Positions 36,735-47,128 of a DNA stretch of 64,000 nt are shown piece after piece. A program made the position numbers and the translations under genes. The notes under the pieces were generated by a model. That model did not search any database and had not been told where the DNA came from. It was given only the letters and a program-made list of their open reading frames with translations. Numbering within the stretch: the stretch's first letter is position 1; each line of letters begins with the position of its first letter. The DNA comes from a virus (lineage: Duplodnaviria; Caudoviricetes), in IMG/VR virus record IMGVR_UViG_3300027759_003844, positions 1 to 64,000 of that record. One strand, given 5' to 3'.

Positions 36735-37042
36735 TCCATACCACGCCTAGCGTTTTCTTCAGACCATCCCCATGAGACTAATCTATTTACAAAGCGCTTT
36801 CTCTTACACTGTTCGCAAATATTTTCCTTATTATATATGGATAATACAGCAGTGCATGTTTTTGTTTTACAAATTCTTTTCTTGTTTTTATTAGCTTTCT
36901 TCTCGTAGTAACTTGCTAATAAATTTCTATTTGTGACAACCTTGCGACACTCCGCTGAACAGTAGATAGCGTTATAAACTTTTGCATGAAACTCTTTACC
37001 GCACTCTTCATAAGCGCAAATCTTAAAAGATTTATCATCCAT
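36731..37042 (-). CDS. zinc-finger protein
   Basis: two Cys4 modules. Confidence 0.7.
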   Translation of the reverse strand: MDDKSFKICAYEECGKEFHAKVYNAIYCSAECRKVVTNRNLLASYYEKKANKNKKRICKTKTCTAVLSIYNKENICEQCKRKRFVNRLVSWGWSEENARRGMD

Positions 37043-37059
37043 TTACGCTTTCGCATAAA

Positions 37060-37809
37060 TTAAAAAGGCTCGTTCCCCTTCTCTTCATCATTACGATCTC
37101 CTCCTGCCCAGCAGTGAGCAACCAGATCGCAGGAGTTACAGTTAGCCGATGTCCTTTTGTATGGTTGCACTGGAATTTCCTTGCTCAAGTAAGAGCCGTG
37201 GAACTTCCTATATTTTTTAAATAATTTATCAATAAACGGTTGATCCCTCTCAATAAAGATTGGAAGAATTTGTTGATTGTTTTTGTTTTCATAGATTACG
37301 AAACCTGAATCTAGGTTGAGGCACTCCATGTAAATTTGGGCTTGTCGGTAATGTTCATCTTTAGGTTTATTATGCAGTTGTCTATAATGAAAACCTTCTT
37401 GACTTATTGATTTAAGTTCAATTAGTTTCTCGCCATACCAATTAATTATACCATCTGCAGTACCCTCAATTGGAGGATCGGTATGATTAACCTTAATTTC
37501 TTCCCCAACAAGGATACCCATACCCCGAAGATAACTATAAAGTCTTTCATGGACAGCATGACCATTATCAAAAATACGATAGGTCTGGGAGCTAAATGAA
37601 GGGGTTACTTCTACTCCTTCAAACATATAATACCAGTAGCGAGCGCACTGGTTTGTGTAGCTAGGATGAAACCCATTAACCTTTTTAAAGTTAGGGGTAT
37701 TTCTTAACGCTAAGTGGTCATTAATTGCTTCAACTAAATCTGCCATAACCACTGGACCATCAACAGGGGCAACTGCTTTTGGTGCTCTTAATTGTTGTAT
37801 TGCTTTCAT
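37060..37809 (-). CDS. Cas4-like PD-(D/E)xK exonuclease
   Basis: C.R..YY, G...H, GTADG, ELKS, Q.QIYM, C..C....C. Confidence 0.85.
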   Translation of the reverse strand: MKAIQQLRAPKAVAPVDGPVVMADLVEAINDHLALRNTPNFKKVNGFHPSYTNQCARYWYYMFEGVEVTPSFSSQTYRIFDNGHAVHERLYSYLRGMGILVGEEIKVNHTDPPIEGTADGIINWYGEKLIELKSISQEGFHYRQLHNKPKDEHYRQAQIYMECLNLDSGFVIYENKNNQQILPIFIERDQPFIDKLFKKYRKFHGSYLSKEIPVQPYKRTSANCNSCDLVAHCWAGGDRNDEEKGNEPF

Positions 37810-38126
37810 GAGTTTGTTCCTCTTGCTGCCAGTTTAAGGGCGTTAATATTCTCGGATAATGCTTCATACATAGTTTTCCATACATCATTAACGAACTTGT
37901 CCTGCTCGCTCATAATACTAGATCTTCTTTTAAATGCTTGTGATTTTACAATCATAAGTGTTCTATAACCAGCTAACATATTGGCATACTTGATTGCTTG
38001 CATCCCAATGTAATGGTCAGGGTTTTCAATAATGTCTTGGACAATACGAATACACTCTGTAAATTCTTTTGCCTTATCACCCATCTGTTCAGACAGGAAG
38101 ACTGTATCAACAACAATATCAGGCAT
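37806..38126 (-). CDS. hypothetical protein
   Basis: coupled ORF. Confidence 0.7.
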   Translation of the reverse strand: MPDIVVDTVFLSEQMGDKAKEFTECIRIVQDIIENPDHYIGMQAIKYANMLAGYRTLMIVKSQAFKRRSSIMSEQDKFVNDVWKTMYEALSENINALKLAARGTNS

Positions 38127-38469
38127 GTAGACTCTTTCTTAGATCTTCTGTAATAACAACAGCCTGCTTCATATCATTATCTTCACGATATAATGCAAGA
38201 GCAATGATTGCATACGATGCAAGGTCTATAAGGGAATCCTCTACACCTTCATTAACCAATTTACTTCCCTTAGCGGCACTTTGTAGGCGAATTACTTTAT
38301 CATTAGCACGAATTAAAGTGCCTACCCAACCTGGAACACCCCATTCAACTGACGCACGAACATTAGCAAGAGGATCGCTCGCAGTGCCATAGTCCTGTCC
38401 TTTCTTTGTATGAAGCGCTCGTAGCTCTTCTAGAATCTGAAAAAACATCGGGTTCCCATATTGGTTCAT
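38119..38469 (-). CDS. nucleotide-modification-associated (DUF1599/MazG-like) protein
   Basis: KK..DYG...DK..RL...E.VEDSL.DLA.YA. Confidence 0.75.
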   Translation of the reverse strand: MNQYGNPMFFQILEELRALHTKKGQDYGTASDPLANVRASVEWGVPGWVGTLIRANDKVIRLQSAAKGSKLVNEGVEDSLIDLASYAIIALALYREDNDMKQAVVITEDLRKSLHA

Positions 38470-38607
38470 GCTGTTACCATCTTTCTTTGAATTCCAACCA
38501 TCCAGAAAATTATATACAATCCGATATATTGATCATCATGACCAATGCCAAACCCTAGTGTTTTCCAACCAGATAATTTGTCACAGAAAAAACTGTACTT
38601 ATATTTC

Positions 38608-38907
38608 CTACTCATACTCGCTTCCCTTCACTAGTTCTTGAAACACTTCCCAATCTATTATAGCAACCTTTGTCTCGGAGTTCTCACCGAATACAACAGA
38701 AATACATGGATATTTATAACTAGCATTCCATGCATCTTTACGCATTTTATTCCAAGCCTTTAATGTGAGAGTGAATGTTCTTTCGTTATGTTTATAATCA
38801 AGCAAAAACTTATTCAACGAAGCATCACCCTTTCTTAAACCACGACCAGAGTTCTTTACAGCCTTTGCTTTGTCCCTCTTGATTTCTTCTTGTTCAGTTC
38901 TTTTCAC
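38608..38907 (-). CDS. PD-(D/E)xK resolvase-like nuclease
   Basis: NSGRG..KGD......DYK. Confidence 0.65.
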   Translation of the reverse strand: MKRTEQEEIKRDKAKAVKNSGRGLRKGDASLNKFLLDYKHNERTFTLTLKAWNKMRKDAWNASYKYPCISVVFGENSETKVAIIDWEVFQELVKGSEYE

Positions 38908-38964
38908 AAAAACATCTTAATAAGAAAAAATAAATAAACAATAGCTCCAGCAATAACAATAAGA

Positions 38965-39330
38965 TTATGCTTGTTCATAGCCATACTCCGACATCACTTC
39001 TTTAGACAAGGTTTTCATCCACCCGCCCTTTCCTTTAGCCAAAACTCCAGGCTCTCCAGTATATTCACATGTCTGCAAAGAAAGCCTTTCAAACTTATTA
39101 ATCACATCACGCATCGCATAATAATCTTTTGAACTTGAATCTATATAATACCTTAATCCACCAAACTTTTCTTTGACTTGATAAAGTTTATAATCTGGAT
39201 CAATGGTAGCCAACTCCCTATGGCAATCAACAATCAATTGATGCCAGCCCTGATTGCAGTCAATGGTCTGGAAGAAAGGCTCAGAAATATAAGACCGAAC
39301 TTCTTCAATTTCATCATCTAGGTGACTCAC
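38965..39330 (-). CDS. conserved phage hypothetical protein
   Basis: GW..L...QVKEKFGGLRYY...TCE..G.PG..GW.KTL. Confidence 0.75.
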   Translation of the reverse strand: MSHLDDEIEEVRSYISEPFFQTIDCNQGWHQLIVDCHRELATIDPDYKLYQVKEKFGGLRYYIDSSSKDYYAMRDVINKFERLSLQTCEYTGEPGVLAKGKGGWMKTLSKEVMSEYGYEQA

Positions 39331-39339
39331 TACTCGCTC

Positions 39340-40254
39340 CTACTCTTTTATTTGTTTTTCAATAGCCTTCATTTGCTTATCGGTAAGCTCAATCGCACCC
39401 ATACCATTCCACTTACTATCATCATAAGTATACCAAGCACCCTTGCGAACAATAATATTCATCTCAATCGCAATATCAATCAACTCACGGCGAGCATCAA
39501 TTTGCCCCAATTGTGGCAGCACATAATAATATCCAGTAGAACCAATCGTAGGCAACTGCTTAGTCTTCTCAATAGTCCAAACAGCCCGTTGCGAAGTAAT
39601 CATATTATTCGGCTCACGCTCCATCTCGCCCTTAGACATAGAAAGAAACAACTTAATAATATTATGCATATTATGATGCACAACATTACCCATTTTTGCC
39701 TTAGTAATAGCGTACATACCACTCAAGTCAACCGTTTGATGAGCAACAAACAACATGATGTTACGCTCCTTATGAAGATAGTTCACCAGCTTCTGTAAAA
39801 AGTAGCCTTGCGAACGAGCCGACAAACCCATCGCCTTACCACCCTCAGGCTTATCATAAAACTCTTCCTTCACAATATTAGACAACGAATCAAACAAGAA
39901 AATATGCTTCTCCTTATCATCAGTCAAATACCCAATCAAACTTTTCATAATATCCTCAACAATAGTAGACTGAATCACCACCACATCAGAAATATCTAGA
40001 CCACACTTCTCAGCATACACATCACTATACGAAGACTCCGAATCAACAATAATCGGACGATACCCCATCTTCTGCGCCTCAGCCATAATTCTAAAACACA
40101 TAGTCGTTTTACCCACAGAAGGAGTACCCCAAAACAAGTGAGTCGCACCAGTATTTAATCCGCCACCTAAAGCCCGATTCAAACCGACACTGGGAGTCGG
40201 AATAACATCATGGATCGGCATCAAATCGCCTTTTCTTTTATCTACAAGTAACAT
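39340..40254 (-). CDS. recA: RecA/UvsX recombinase
   Basis: PTPS..LN.ALGGG, Walker A GTPSVGKTT, FLFDSL, GAWYTY. Confidence 0.92.
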   Translation of the reverse strand: MLLVDKRKGDLMPIHDVIPTPSVGLNRALGGGLNTGATHLFWGTPSVGKTTMCFRIMAEAQKMGYRPIIVDSESSYSDVYAEKCGLDISDVVVIQSTIVEDIMKSLIGYLTDDKEKHIFLFDSLSNIVKEEFYDKPEGGKAMGLSARSQGYFLQKLVNYLHKERNIMLFVAHQTVDLSGMYAITKAKMGNVVHHNMHNIIKLFLSMSKGEMEREPNNMITSQRAVWTIEKTKQLPTIGSTGYYYVLPQLGQIDARRELIDIAIEMNIIVRKGAWYTYDDSKWNGMGAIELTDKQMKAIEKQIKE

Positions 40255-40263
40255 ATTTCTCCT

Positions 40264-40698
40264 TTATTGAAACATTCTATCTAGTATTCTTGATTTAATA
40301 ATTGTTGTTGAAATCTCTTCTGTATACGGGACAAACATCACGCCAATCTTATGCTCATCAAGCCATTCTTGTGTGAATCCCATTTGCTTATAGTAATCTT
40401 TACTTTGCCAGTCGGAACCAACGATTACAAGATCAGCTTTTGCCTCTATGATAGCAGGTTTAGAATCAGCACCGCCCGAGTTTACAATTACTTTATCCAC
40501 CCATTTACAAGAAGAAACAACTTCCATTCTTTCAGCCAAACTACAAATTGGAGGCTCTTTATATTGAGAGCAGAATTGATCTGTATTAACAGATACAACT
40601 AAATAGCCATCGTCACCAGCAGCTTTTTTACACCTCTCTAACAATCTAGCGTGACCAGAATGGAATAGATCAAATGTCCCGCCTGTGTATACAATCAT
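40264..40698 (-). CDS. cytidylyltransferase (TagD/RfaE-like)
   Basis: YTGGTFDLFHSGH, VGSDW, PYT..ISTT. Confidence 0.9.
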   Translation of the reverse strand: MIVYTGGTFDLFHSGHARLLERCKKAAGDDGYLVVSVNTDQFCSQYKEPPICSLAERMEVVSSCKWVDKVIVNSGGADSKPAIIEAKADLVIVGSDWQSKDYYKQMGFTQEWLDEHKIGVMFVPYTEEISTTIIKSRILDRMFQ

Positions 40699-41417
40699 CT
40701 TGCACCCATTGAGGCATTAACAAAATTCCATTGATTGGCATCATTGAATGTAAATTTCTCCACACCTTCAATATCAGATAGAGCATCACAGTACTCAGAC
40801 ATCACACTACCAAAATCTTTAAACTGAAAGAGGTTTGTGTCATTAACAAGAACAGTAGGAACCTCTGGAACACTCACCGTACTACAACCAATACCAGCCC
40901 AGGCTAAGACATTCCTAGAATCAAGATGTTTCACCCCGATTTTAAAATCCATGACTTCTCTTCTCCAGATATTCATACTTGCCAAAGTTGCAGCAACTAA
41001 ATACGATTTATCATTAAGTTTATTTATCAACTCTATCATTGTACCAGAAAACCCAGGCAATACTTCTCCAGAGTGTGGGGCAAATTGCATTACACGATCA
41101 ACTCCGTTCAGCATCGGCATGATAGTATCAATCGCTCCAGGAATTAAAATATCATCGTCACCAAGCACCCAGACATAATCACCAGTGCCAGCAGTAATTC
41201 CATGCAAACAATTACCATCGCAACCGATATTTTGTTTTCTAATGGAATAATCAGTGATGTAGTCCTTGTATTCGTACACCACTTGTCTTGCGTAACCATC
41301 TTGGTCGTTATCAGATACAATAATTTCAATATTAGAATTAGTTTGAGATATTATACTATCCAAACAGTAATCTAGAGAATCTCTTTTATAAGTTGGTATG
41401 TATATTGTAAGAAGCAC
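40695..41417 (-). CDS. GT2 glycosyltransferase
   Basis: IPTYKR, VSDN, WVLGDDD. Confidence 0.88.
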   Translation of the reverse strand: MLLTIYIPTYKRDSLDYCLDSIISQTNSNIEIIVSDNDQDGYARQVVYEYKDYITDYSIRKQNIGCDGNCLHGITAGTGDYVWVLGDDDILIPGAIDTIMPMLNGVDRVMQFAPHSGEVLPGFSGTMIELINKLNDKSYLVAATLASMNIWRREVMDFKIGVKHLDSRNVLAWAGIGCSTVSVPEVPTVLVNDTNLFQFKDFGSVMSEYCDALSDIEGVEKFTFNDANQWNFVNASMGAR

Positions 41418-44400
41418 TAGGCTACTACTTTCACCAAGTTTTTTCGCTCTATATAATTATCTATATTGATGATGGAAGAATCAGACTCTACTTTGTACGA
41501 GTCCATGCGAGTCAGTGTTTGCTTTTCTTCAATCTTTGAAAGCCTTGCTGCATACCACTGCCCTTGCTTTATCACACCCTTAAGCTTTGCATAAGGTCTT
41601 GGGAAAATAACAACTTTAAAGATTTCCTTACCATCCCAGCAATAAAGGTTAGCCATTGTTTTATCTTTAGAAGTTGTGAAGACTCTAGAGTGCATTACAT
41701 ACATCAATGTCTTTTCATCACCAACATAACCCAACCCAGTTTCATGTAGCCAGTTATATTCATGGTCATCACCCTTTTGTCTAAGAGTAATAAACTTATG
41801 TAAGTCAGTGTCAATGAAATTATATGCATCACAGAACGAATGTAGTGTTCTATCCCCGATCAAAGCATAAACATAATCTCTATTCGCCATTTCAGTATTC
41901 CTGTCAGCGAATACAGTAGCTGACCCCGAGAAGTCTTCAAATTCAATTCTTAGATATTGCGGAGTCTTTTTCGTTGATCGCACAATTGCTTTAATAAGCG
42001 TCAATGGAGAATTTATTTCATGGAACTCAGAAAGATTGCCTACGAACTCATCCATCTCATTATTCTCTTCACCCGATTTAATAGAGAAACCAAGAACTGG
42101 CAGATAGTAACGCTCATGCTCGTATTGAGAAATATGATTCATTGAAACATACGCCCCAACTTTCTCAAGATTAAGACGGAGAGGCGCTTTGACAGCAGAC
42201 TTAGAACACTTATTATTAAACTCATCTAAGCAAGTAAATGGTCTCTTAGTTAGAATTTCCTTAATTGCAGAAGCACCACAGCCAGCGACATTCGTTAAAC
42301 CAAACCTAATAGCATCAAGCCCTGTTCGGCTGTCAGTTGTAAAGTATTCTTCGGAATAGTTTACATCTGGAGGAAGAATTGCAATACCTAGACGCTGGGC
42401 TTCCATAAGGTACGCAGTGATCTTTTCAGTAGAATCTTCATTATATAGTAATGACCAGATGAACTCTAGAGGGTAGTTTACCTTTAACCACATGGTCTGA
42501 TAGGACAGCATTGAGTAGGCTACAGCATGAGATTTATTGAACATATATAGAGCTGACATTTCAAACTCAGCCCACATTTTCCTTGCCTCTGCTTTTGGAA
42601 TGATTGCATTATTGACAAACTTATCTTTAAAATCTTTAAATTCACTGATGTCTCTTTTCTTTCCAATAATCTTTCTTAGCTTATCTGCATCTGACCAAGT
42701 GAAACCCGAAATCAACACAGACATCTGCATCAATTGCTCTTGGAAAATGACAGTACCATATGTTTCTTTTAATATTTCTTCAACGGACTTGTCAGGATAA
42801 TACGGTTGAGTAAATCCCTTCTTGCAATCAATATACTTCTGACCTTGCGATAACAAGGCTCCTGGTCTTACCAGAGCGTTACTTACTACAAGATCGCTAA
42901 AGTTATCAATACCCATTCTTTCAATTAGATTACGATAAGCTGCTGCATCGGTTTGGAAAACTCCAACGGTGTTGCCTTTATTAAAGTTTTCAAACACAAT
43001 AGGGTCATCTAGAGCCAATGATTGAGCCTCTACATCAATGCCTAGACGCTCTGTAACCTTCGCTAAGCAATCTTTAATCACAGATACGGTCTTTAGACCA
43101 AGAATATCTATTTTAATCAACCCAACAGCCTCTGCATCAGTCATATCAAATGCAGTAACGGTTGTTCGCTCTCCACCATCAGTTTCTTTTCTTGTTTCAA
43201 TAGGACAAACTTCGTTCAATGGAACAGACGATACAACCATACCTGCAGCATGGATTCCAACATTTCTAATTCTACCTTCAAGCCTTGTAGCCAGCTTAGG
43301 CACATCAGGATACTTGTTACAGAAAATCTTACCCTTGGGTGACTCAATTAACTCTTCAATTGTTTCAAAAAATGGAGTGATATTGTTAGTCTCTTCGTAA
43401 GAAACTTGCAATACTCTAGCAACATCTTTCACTACTGACTTAGGCTTGAATGTACCATAAGTAGTAATTGCAGCAACATGGTCTTTACCCCATCTATTCC
43501 TAAGATATTCTTTAACTTCGTTTCTTCTCTTATCCTCAAAGTCCAAGTCAATATCTGGATAGTCGTTACGCTCAGGGTTGATGAAGCGAGCGAATAGTAA
43601 ATTATATTTAATCGGGTCAACTTTAGAAATGTTCAATAGATAGGCAAGCAAGCTTCCACCTACAGAACCTCTACCAGTCCCACGACCAACATTGTTAGCG
43701 TCAGCCCAGGATGTTAGATCCCAAACAATAAGGAAATAATCAGCAAAGCCGAGTTGTTTAATAATTCCAAGTTCCTCGTCAAGTCTTACCTTGTATTCTT
43801 CACCTAAACCAAGTTCCTTCAGTCTAAACTCAGTCATCTCTCGTAGGTACTCATCTGAATTTAATGACTTTAGATATTTAGGGAGCAGATTTCTACGCTT
43901 GGTAATCTCGGCACTGCATTTGCTCGCTACCTCAATTGTATTTTCAAGAATGTCTGGTCTATCATAACCAGCATCTTTAAACCATGACAGTACCGTTTCT
44001 GCATTTGCAACATACGGATTAATATCATCAAAGCGCAAATTTCTTTCAGGATAAAGATGATTTACCTTTTCAAGAAGGTCATTACCACACTTGTGAAGCG
44101 TAGTAGCGTTTTCTTTAGCAAGATTAGTAATAGAAGCCCCGAGACTAGGGTACTGCGAAATGAGAAGCAGAACCTCTTCACAAGCTTTATCAGCGTGTGT
44201 TGGGAAATGGCAGTCAGCAGTCGCTACAGCCTTCTTATTAAAAGCCTTAGACAAATCTAATAGCCCATCATTAATCTCTTTAGGGTTCCACGCTTGTAAT
44301 TCAAAATAGAAATCATCTTTAAAGATTTTAGTAAATCTATCTGCCAACATTTCTGCACGACCAGTATTGCCAGCCTCAATCGCTTTAGCAATAGAGCTTC

Positions 44401-44815
44401 CTCTACAGCCCGACAATGAAACAATATCGTCATCCACCATACTCTCTAGTAAATCAAAATCAATTCTAGGCTTATAATAAAAATTGTCTTGCCATGATAT
44501 TTGTGATAATTTAAAAAGCTTCTTTAGCCCAGCATCATTTTTTGCAAGAAGGATTAAGTGAAAACGCTCATGCTTCCCATCACCATCGTCTTTAACAGAA
44601 GGTACAAAATACGCTTCAACGCCAAATATAGGTCGCACTGCATGCTTCTTACACGCATCCTGAAAACGGAGAACGCCTGCCATTGTTCCGTGATCTGTGA
44701 GTGCTGCTGCAAATTGCCCATTCGTGCTAGAAATTTGTGCGATCTCTTCAGGAGTAGACATCCCATCCAGTAGCGAGTGTTCGCTATGGCAATGAAGGTG
44801 AACAAACTCTGTCAC
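41417..44815 (-). CDS. dnaE: DNA polymerase III alpha subunit
   Basis: PHP motif HLHCHSEHSLLDG, GRGSVGGS, PDIDLDF, HAAG, KIDILGL, FNKSHA. Confidence 0.97.
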   Translation of the reverse strand: MTEFVHLHCHSEHSLLDGMSTPEEIAQISSTNGQFAAALTDHGTMAGVLRFQDACKKHAVRPIFGVEAYFVPSVKDDGDGKHERFHLILLAKNDAGLKKLFKLSQISWQDNFYYKPRIDFDLLESMVDDDIVSLSGCRGSSIAKAIEAGNTGRAEMLADRFTKIFKDDFYFELQAWNPKEINDGLLDLSKAFNKKAVATADCHFPTHADKACEEVLLLISQYPSLGASITNLAKENATTLHKCGNDLLEKVNHLYPERNLRFDDINPYVANAETVLSWFKDAGYDRPDILENTIEVASKCSAEITKRRNLLPKYLKSLNSDEYLREMTEFRLKELGLGEEYKVRLDEELGIIKQLGFADYFLIVWDLTSWADANNVGRGTGRGSVGGSLLAYLLNISKVDPIKYNLLFARFINPERNDYPDIDLDFEDKRRNEVKEYLRNRWGKDHVAAITTYGTFKPKSVVKDVARVLQVSYEETNNITPFFETIEELIESPKGKIFCNKYPDVPKLATRLEGRIRNVGIHAAGMVVSSVPLNEVCPIETRKETDGGERTTVTAFDMTDAEAVGLIKIDILGLKTVSVIKDCLAKVTERLGIDVEAQSLALDDPIVFENFNKGNTVGVFQTDAAAYRNLIERMGIDNFSDLVVSNALVRPGALLSQGQKYIDCKKGFTQPYYPDKSVEEILKETYGTVIFQEQLMQMSVLISGFTWSDADKLRKIIGKKRDISEFKDFKDKFVNNAIIPKAEARKMWAEFEMSALYMFNKSHAVAYSMLSYQTMWLKVNYPLEFIWSLLYNEDSTEKITAYLMEAQRLGIAILPPDVNYSEEYFTTDSRTGLDAIRFGLTNVAGCGASAIKEILTKRPFTCLDEFNNKCSKSAVKAPLRLNLEKVGAYVSMNHISQYEHERYYLPVLGFSIKSGEENNEMDEFVGNLSEFHEINSPLTLIKAIVRSTKKTPQYLRIEFEDFSGSATVFADRNTEMANRDYVYALIGDRTLHSFCDAYNFIDTDLHKFITLRQKGDDHEYNWLHETGLGYVGDEKTLMYVMHSRVFTTSKDKTMANLYCWDGKEIFKVVIFPRPYAKLKGVIKQGQWYAARLSKIEEKQTLTRMDSYKVESDSSIINIDNYIERKNLVKVVA

Positions 44816-45340
44816 TTAAATCTCCAGTTCGTAAAGTGAATCAATACAAGGTAAATCATTCCAGAACTGCTTATTGTACCATGCCTTGCGCAAGTAACAG
44901 TTGATTCCATTATCTCTTAATGAAATTACTTCATTCGGATTATCCTCAACCACAAATACTGGGTTGATTTCAGAAATAATTTCATGCTTAGCATGCATCT
45001 TAGCAAACTTTGGTCTTAATGTATTTATACGCCAATCATCCAGCCAAGGCTCTACGGACCTGACAGATGCTTCAGTTCTTCTTGCAGTTACTATATGCAC
45101 ATCAATGCCATCAGAGAACCATTTATTAACCTGATACCAAGCATCTTCAAATGGTTTTAGGTTCTTCCAAAACAGTTCATTTGAAAATAACTTTAAGGCT
45201 TCTTTATCTTTTGTGTCTGTAGTAAACCAACTTGAATAATCTTCCTGTACCCCGCAAACATAATGCAAGTAGTCAGAAACGGCTGTGTCTATGTCAGCAA
45301 TGACACCATCAAGGTCTAAAACAATAGAATTATTTTTCAT
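44816..45340 (-). CDS. HAD-family 5'(3')-deoxyribonucleotidase
   Basis: LDLDGVIAD, VTAR, VEDN. Confidence 0.8.
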   Translation of the reverse strand: MKNNSIVLDLDGVIADIDTAVSDYLHYVCGVQEDYSSWFTTDTKDKEALKLFSNELFWKNLKPFEDAWYQVNKWFSDGIDVHIVTARRTEASVRSVEPWLDDWRINTLRPKFAKMHAKHEIISEINPVFVVEDNPNEVISLRDNGINCYLRKAWYNKQFWNDLPCIDSLYELEI

Positions 45341-45356
45341 ATATTCCTTTTGTTAA

Positions 45357-45380
45357 AGGGCAGGGGTTTCCCCCTGCCCG
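45357..45380 (-). terminator. intrinsic terminator
   Basis: GGGCAGGGG-loop-CCCCTGCCC after the SSB gene. Confidence 0.7.
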
Positions 45381-45391
45381 ATGAATAACAA

Positions 45392-46039
45392 TCACCAAGA
45401 GTCTTTGTTAAGCTCTCCAGTAGTGAGGAATATTTGTTGCTTCTCATAAGAGAGTGTCATGTAAACACTTTCCAAATCATGCATTGGCAATTCTTTAACT
45501 GCCTTTGGCATTTCAGAAACATTCAAAGGAATTAGGCTATAGTTTGTGTCAGATGCTGACGATCCAGTTCGTGAATACTTATACTCACGGTCTGTGATTG
45601 TGCCAAACTCTTTAGCATATTCAATCAAAGTTAAACCAACATGTCGTTGATTAAATGTAGTGTCAAGAATTCGTGGTTCCCAAACTCCTGGCTCTACTTC
45701 TACTACAATGTTGATTAGCAAGTGTGGCTTAGGCTTCCAAGCCTTGTCTGTAACTGATTGCTCAGTTGCCCAACAACGATAGTTAAACTTCTCAAACGAA
45801 GCGGTGGAGGCTACTCTCCACTTCCAGTTAACTGGCGATGTAACAACTGGTACTGAAATACCCGTACCGATCTCTTCATTATAATTACTTGCATCTTCGG
45901 TAAGCTCTTGGCGAAACCGAATCTTGAAAGAATCTCCTGATTGAAGAGTAAAGTATTTCTTAACTCCTTTCCCTGTACCCTGTGCAGGAATAACTGCTTT
46001 TTCAAGGTCTTTTAATGTTTTGATTGATGTAAATGACAT
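45392..46039 (-). CDS. single-stranded DNA-binding protein (gp32-like)
   Basis: KIRF...YK.SRTG...DT.YSLIP pattern; between primase and polymerase. Confidence 0.65.
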   Translation of the reverse strand: MSFTSIKTLKDLEKAVIPAQGTGKGVKKYFTLQSGDSFKIRFRQELTEDASNYNEEIGTGISVPVVTSPVNWKWRVASTASFEKFNYRCWATEQSVTDKAWKPKPHLLINIVVEVEPGVWEPRILDTTFNQRHVGLTLIEYAKEFGTITDREYKYSRTGSSASDTNYSLIPLNVSEMPKAVKELPMHDLESVYMTLSYEKQQIFLTTGELNKDSW

Positions 46040-46047
46040 ATTGTCTC

Positions 46048-46950
46048 CTATATGATTAATTGTTTGTTTGTGATACTGTCTTTTATTTGTTGTATATCCA
46101 TTTCCCCAGGATCTTTATAACCCTCGGGAATCTGTGCTGCGTACAGTTCTTTACCGCAACAAGATTTTATTATAGCACCTTTCATAGCCTGTCCTGCGTC
46201 ATCATTGTCAGAAAATATAATTATTCTGTCAAAGTACTTTTTTAGCATTGTGACTTGTTGAGGTGAAACTTGAGCTCCTAGCGATGCAACAACATTGGGG
46301 TATCCAGCCTCATGCACTTTCATTGCATCAACACTTCCTTCTACTATTATAACATCACTATAGTTCTTGGCATTCTGTATATTGAACAACACTATGGCTC
46401 TCTTGAACCCAGTATTATAAAGATACCTTGGCTCTTGGTCGCTACTTATCGCCCTACCAATTAACCCAACAACCTTATATTGCGGATTTCTTACTGGAAT
46501 AACAATCCTATTTTTACCTTTAGAGAAGCCCACTTCAAAATGCGACAATGTGTCTAGCGAAAGACCACGCTCTACAAAAGGTAGCAATACTTGCTTGATA
46601 TTATCGCTATCATAATCAAGAGCAATACTGTCTAAAGTAATTTCTTTTTCTGGAACAATCGGTCTGAACGCCCGATCAAGTTCATTCCTTAATGCCGAAG
46701 GGTCAAGCTTTACTTCACGACCATAAGACTTGCCTGTAATTTGTCGGTATAGTTTTTTGAAATTACCCTTTTCACCACAGGATGGATTGAAACACTGCCA
46801 TAGTCCAGTCTTTTTGTTTAAATAGAAAGAAGGCGTATTCCTGTTTTTATGAAACGGACAATAAAATGTAATTTCATTACCCGACTCAGTATGAACATGG
46901 ATACCAAATTTTTGGAGGAGATCCTTGATTTCAGTTTCTAAGTTCATCAT
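46048..46950 (-). CDS. dnaG: DNA primase
   Basis: CPFH..TPS...C....C Zn finger; TOPRIM VEGSVD, DNDDAG, KDPGE. Confidence 0.93.
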   Translation of the reverse strand: MMNLETEIKDLLQKFGIHVHTESGNEITFYCPFHKNRNTPSFYLNKKTGLWQCFNPSCGEKGNFKKLYRQITGKSYGREVKLDPSALRNELDRAFRPIVPEKEITLDSIALDYDSDNIKQVLLPFVERGLSLDTLSHFEVGFSKGKNRIVIPVRNPQYKVVGLIGRAISSDQEPRYLYNTGFKRAIVLFNIQNAKNYSDVIIVEGSVDAMKVHEAGYPNVVASLGAQVSPQQVTMLKKYFDRIIIFSDNDDAGQAMKGAIIKSCCGKELYAAQIPEGYKDPGEMDIQQIKDSITNKQLII

Positions 46951-47128
46951 CAAAAACGATTGAGAATGAAAATATGTTTGCTTCTTTATCATAGTCAGTA
47001 ATCAACTTTGTCTTTCCTGTAAAACCATACTTTGCCCTTGCTTCATCTTCCATCCAAGGTCTTAGTTTTGCAATTGTTTCTATATCTTTTGCAGTACCTG
47101 ATATTTTAGCATCAATTAAATGTCCCAT
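46931..47128 (-). CDS. hypothetical protein
   Basis: coupled between helicase and primase. Confidence 0.6.
   Translation of the reverse strand: MGHLIDAKISGTAKDIETIAKLRPWMEDEARAKYGFTGKTKLITDYDKEANIFSFSIVFDDELRN

Noticed and set aside
37060-37809. CRISPR-Cas system suggested by the Cas4-like gene
   Set aside because: Stand-alone Cas4-like exonucleases are common in phage replication modules; no other cas genes are present
39322-39999. Plus-strand ORFs opposite recA
   Set aside because: By-product of the recA codon bias that removes antisense stop codons
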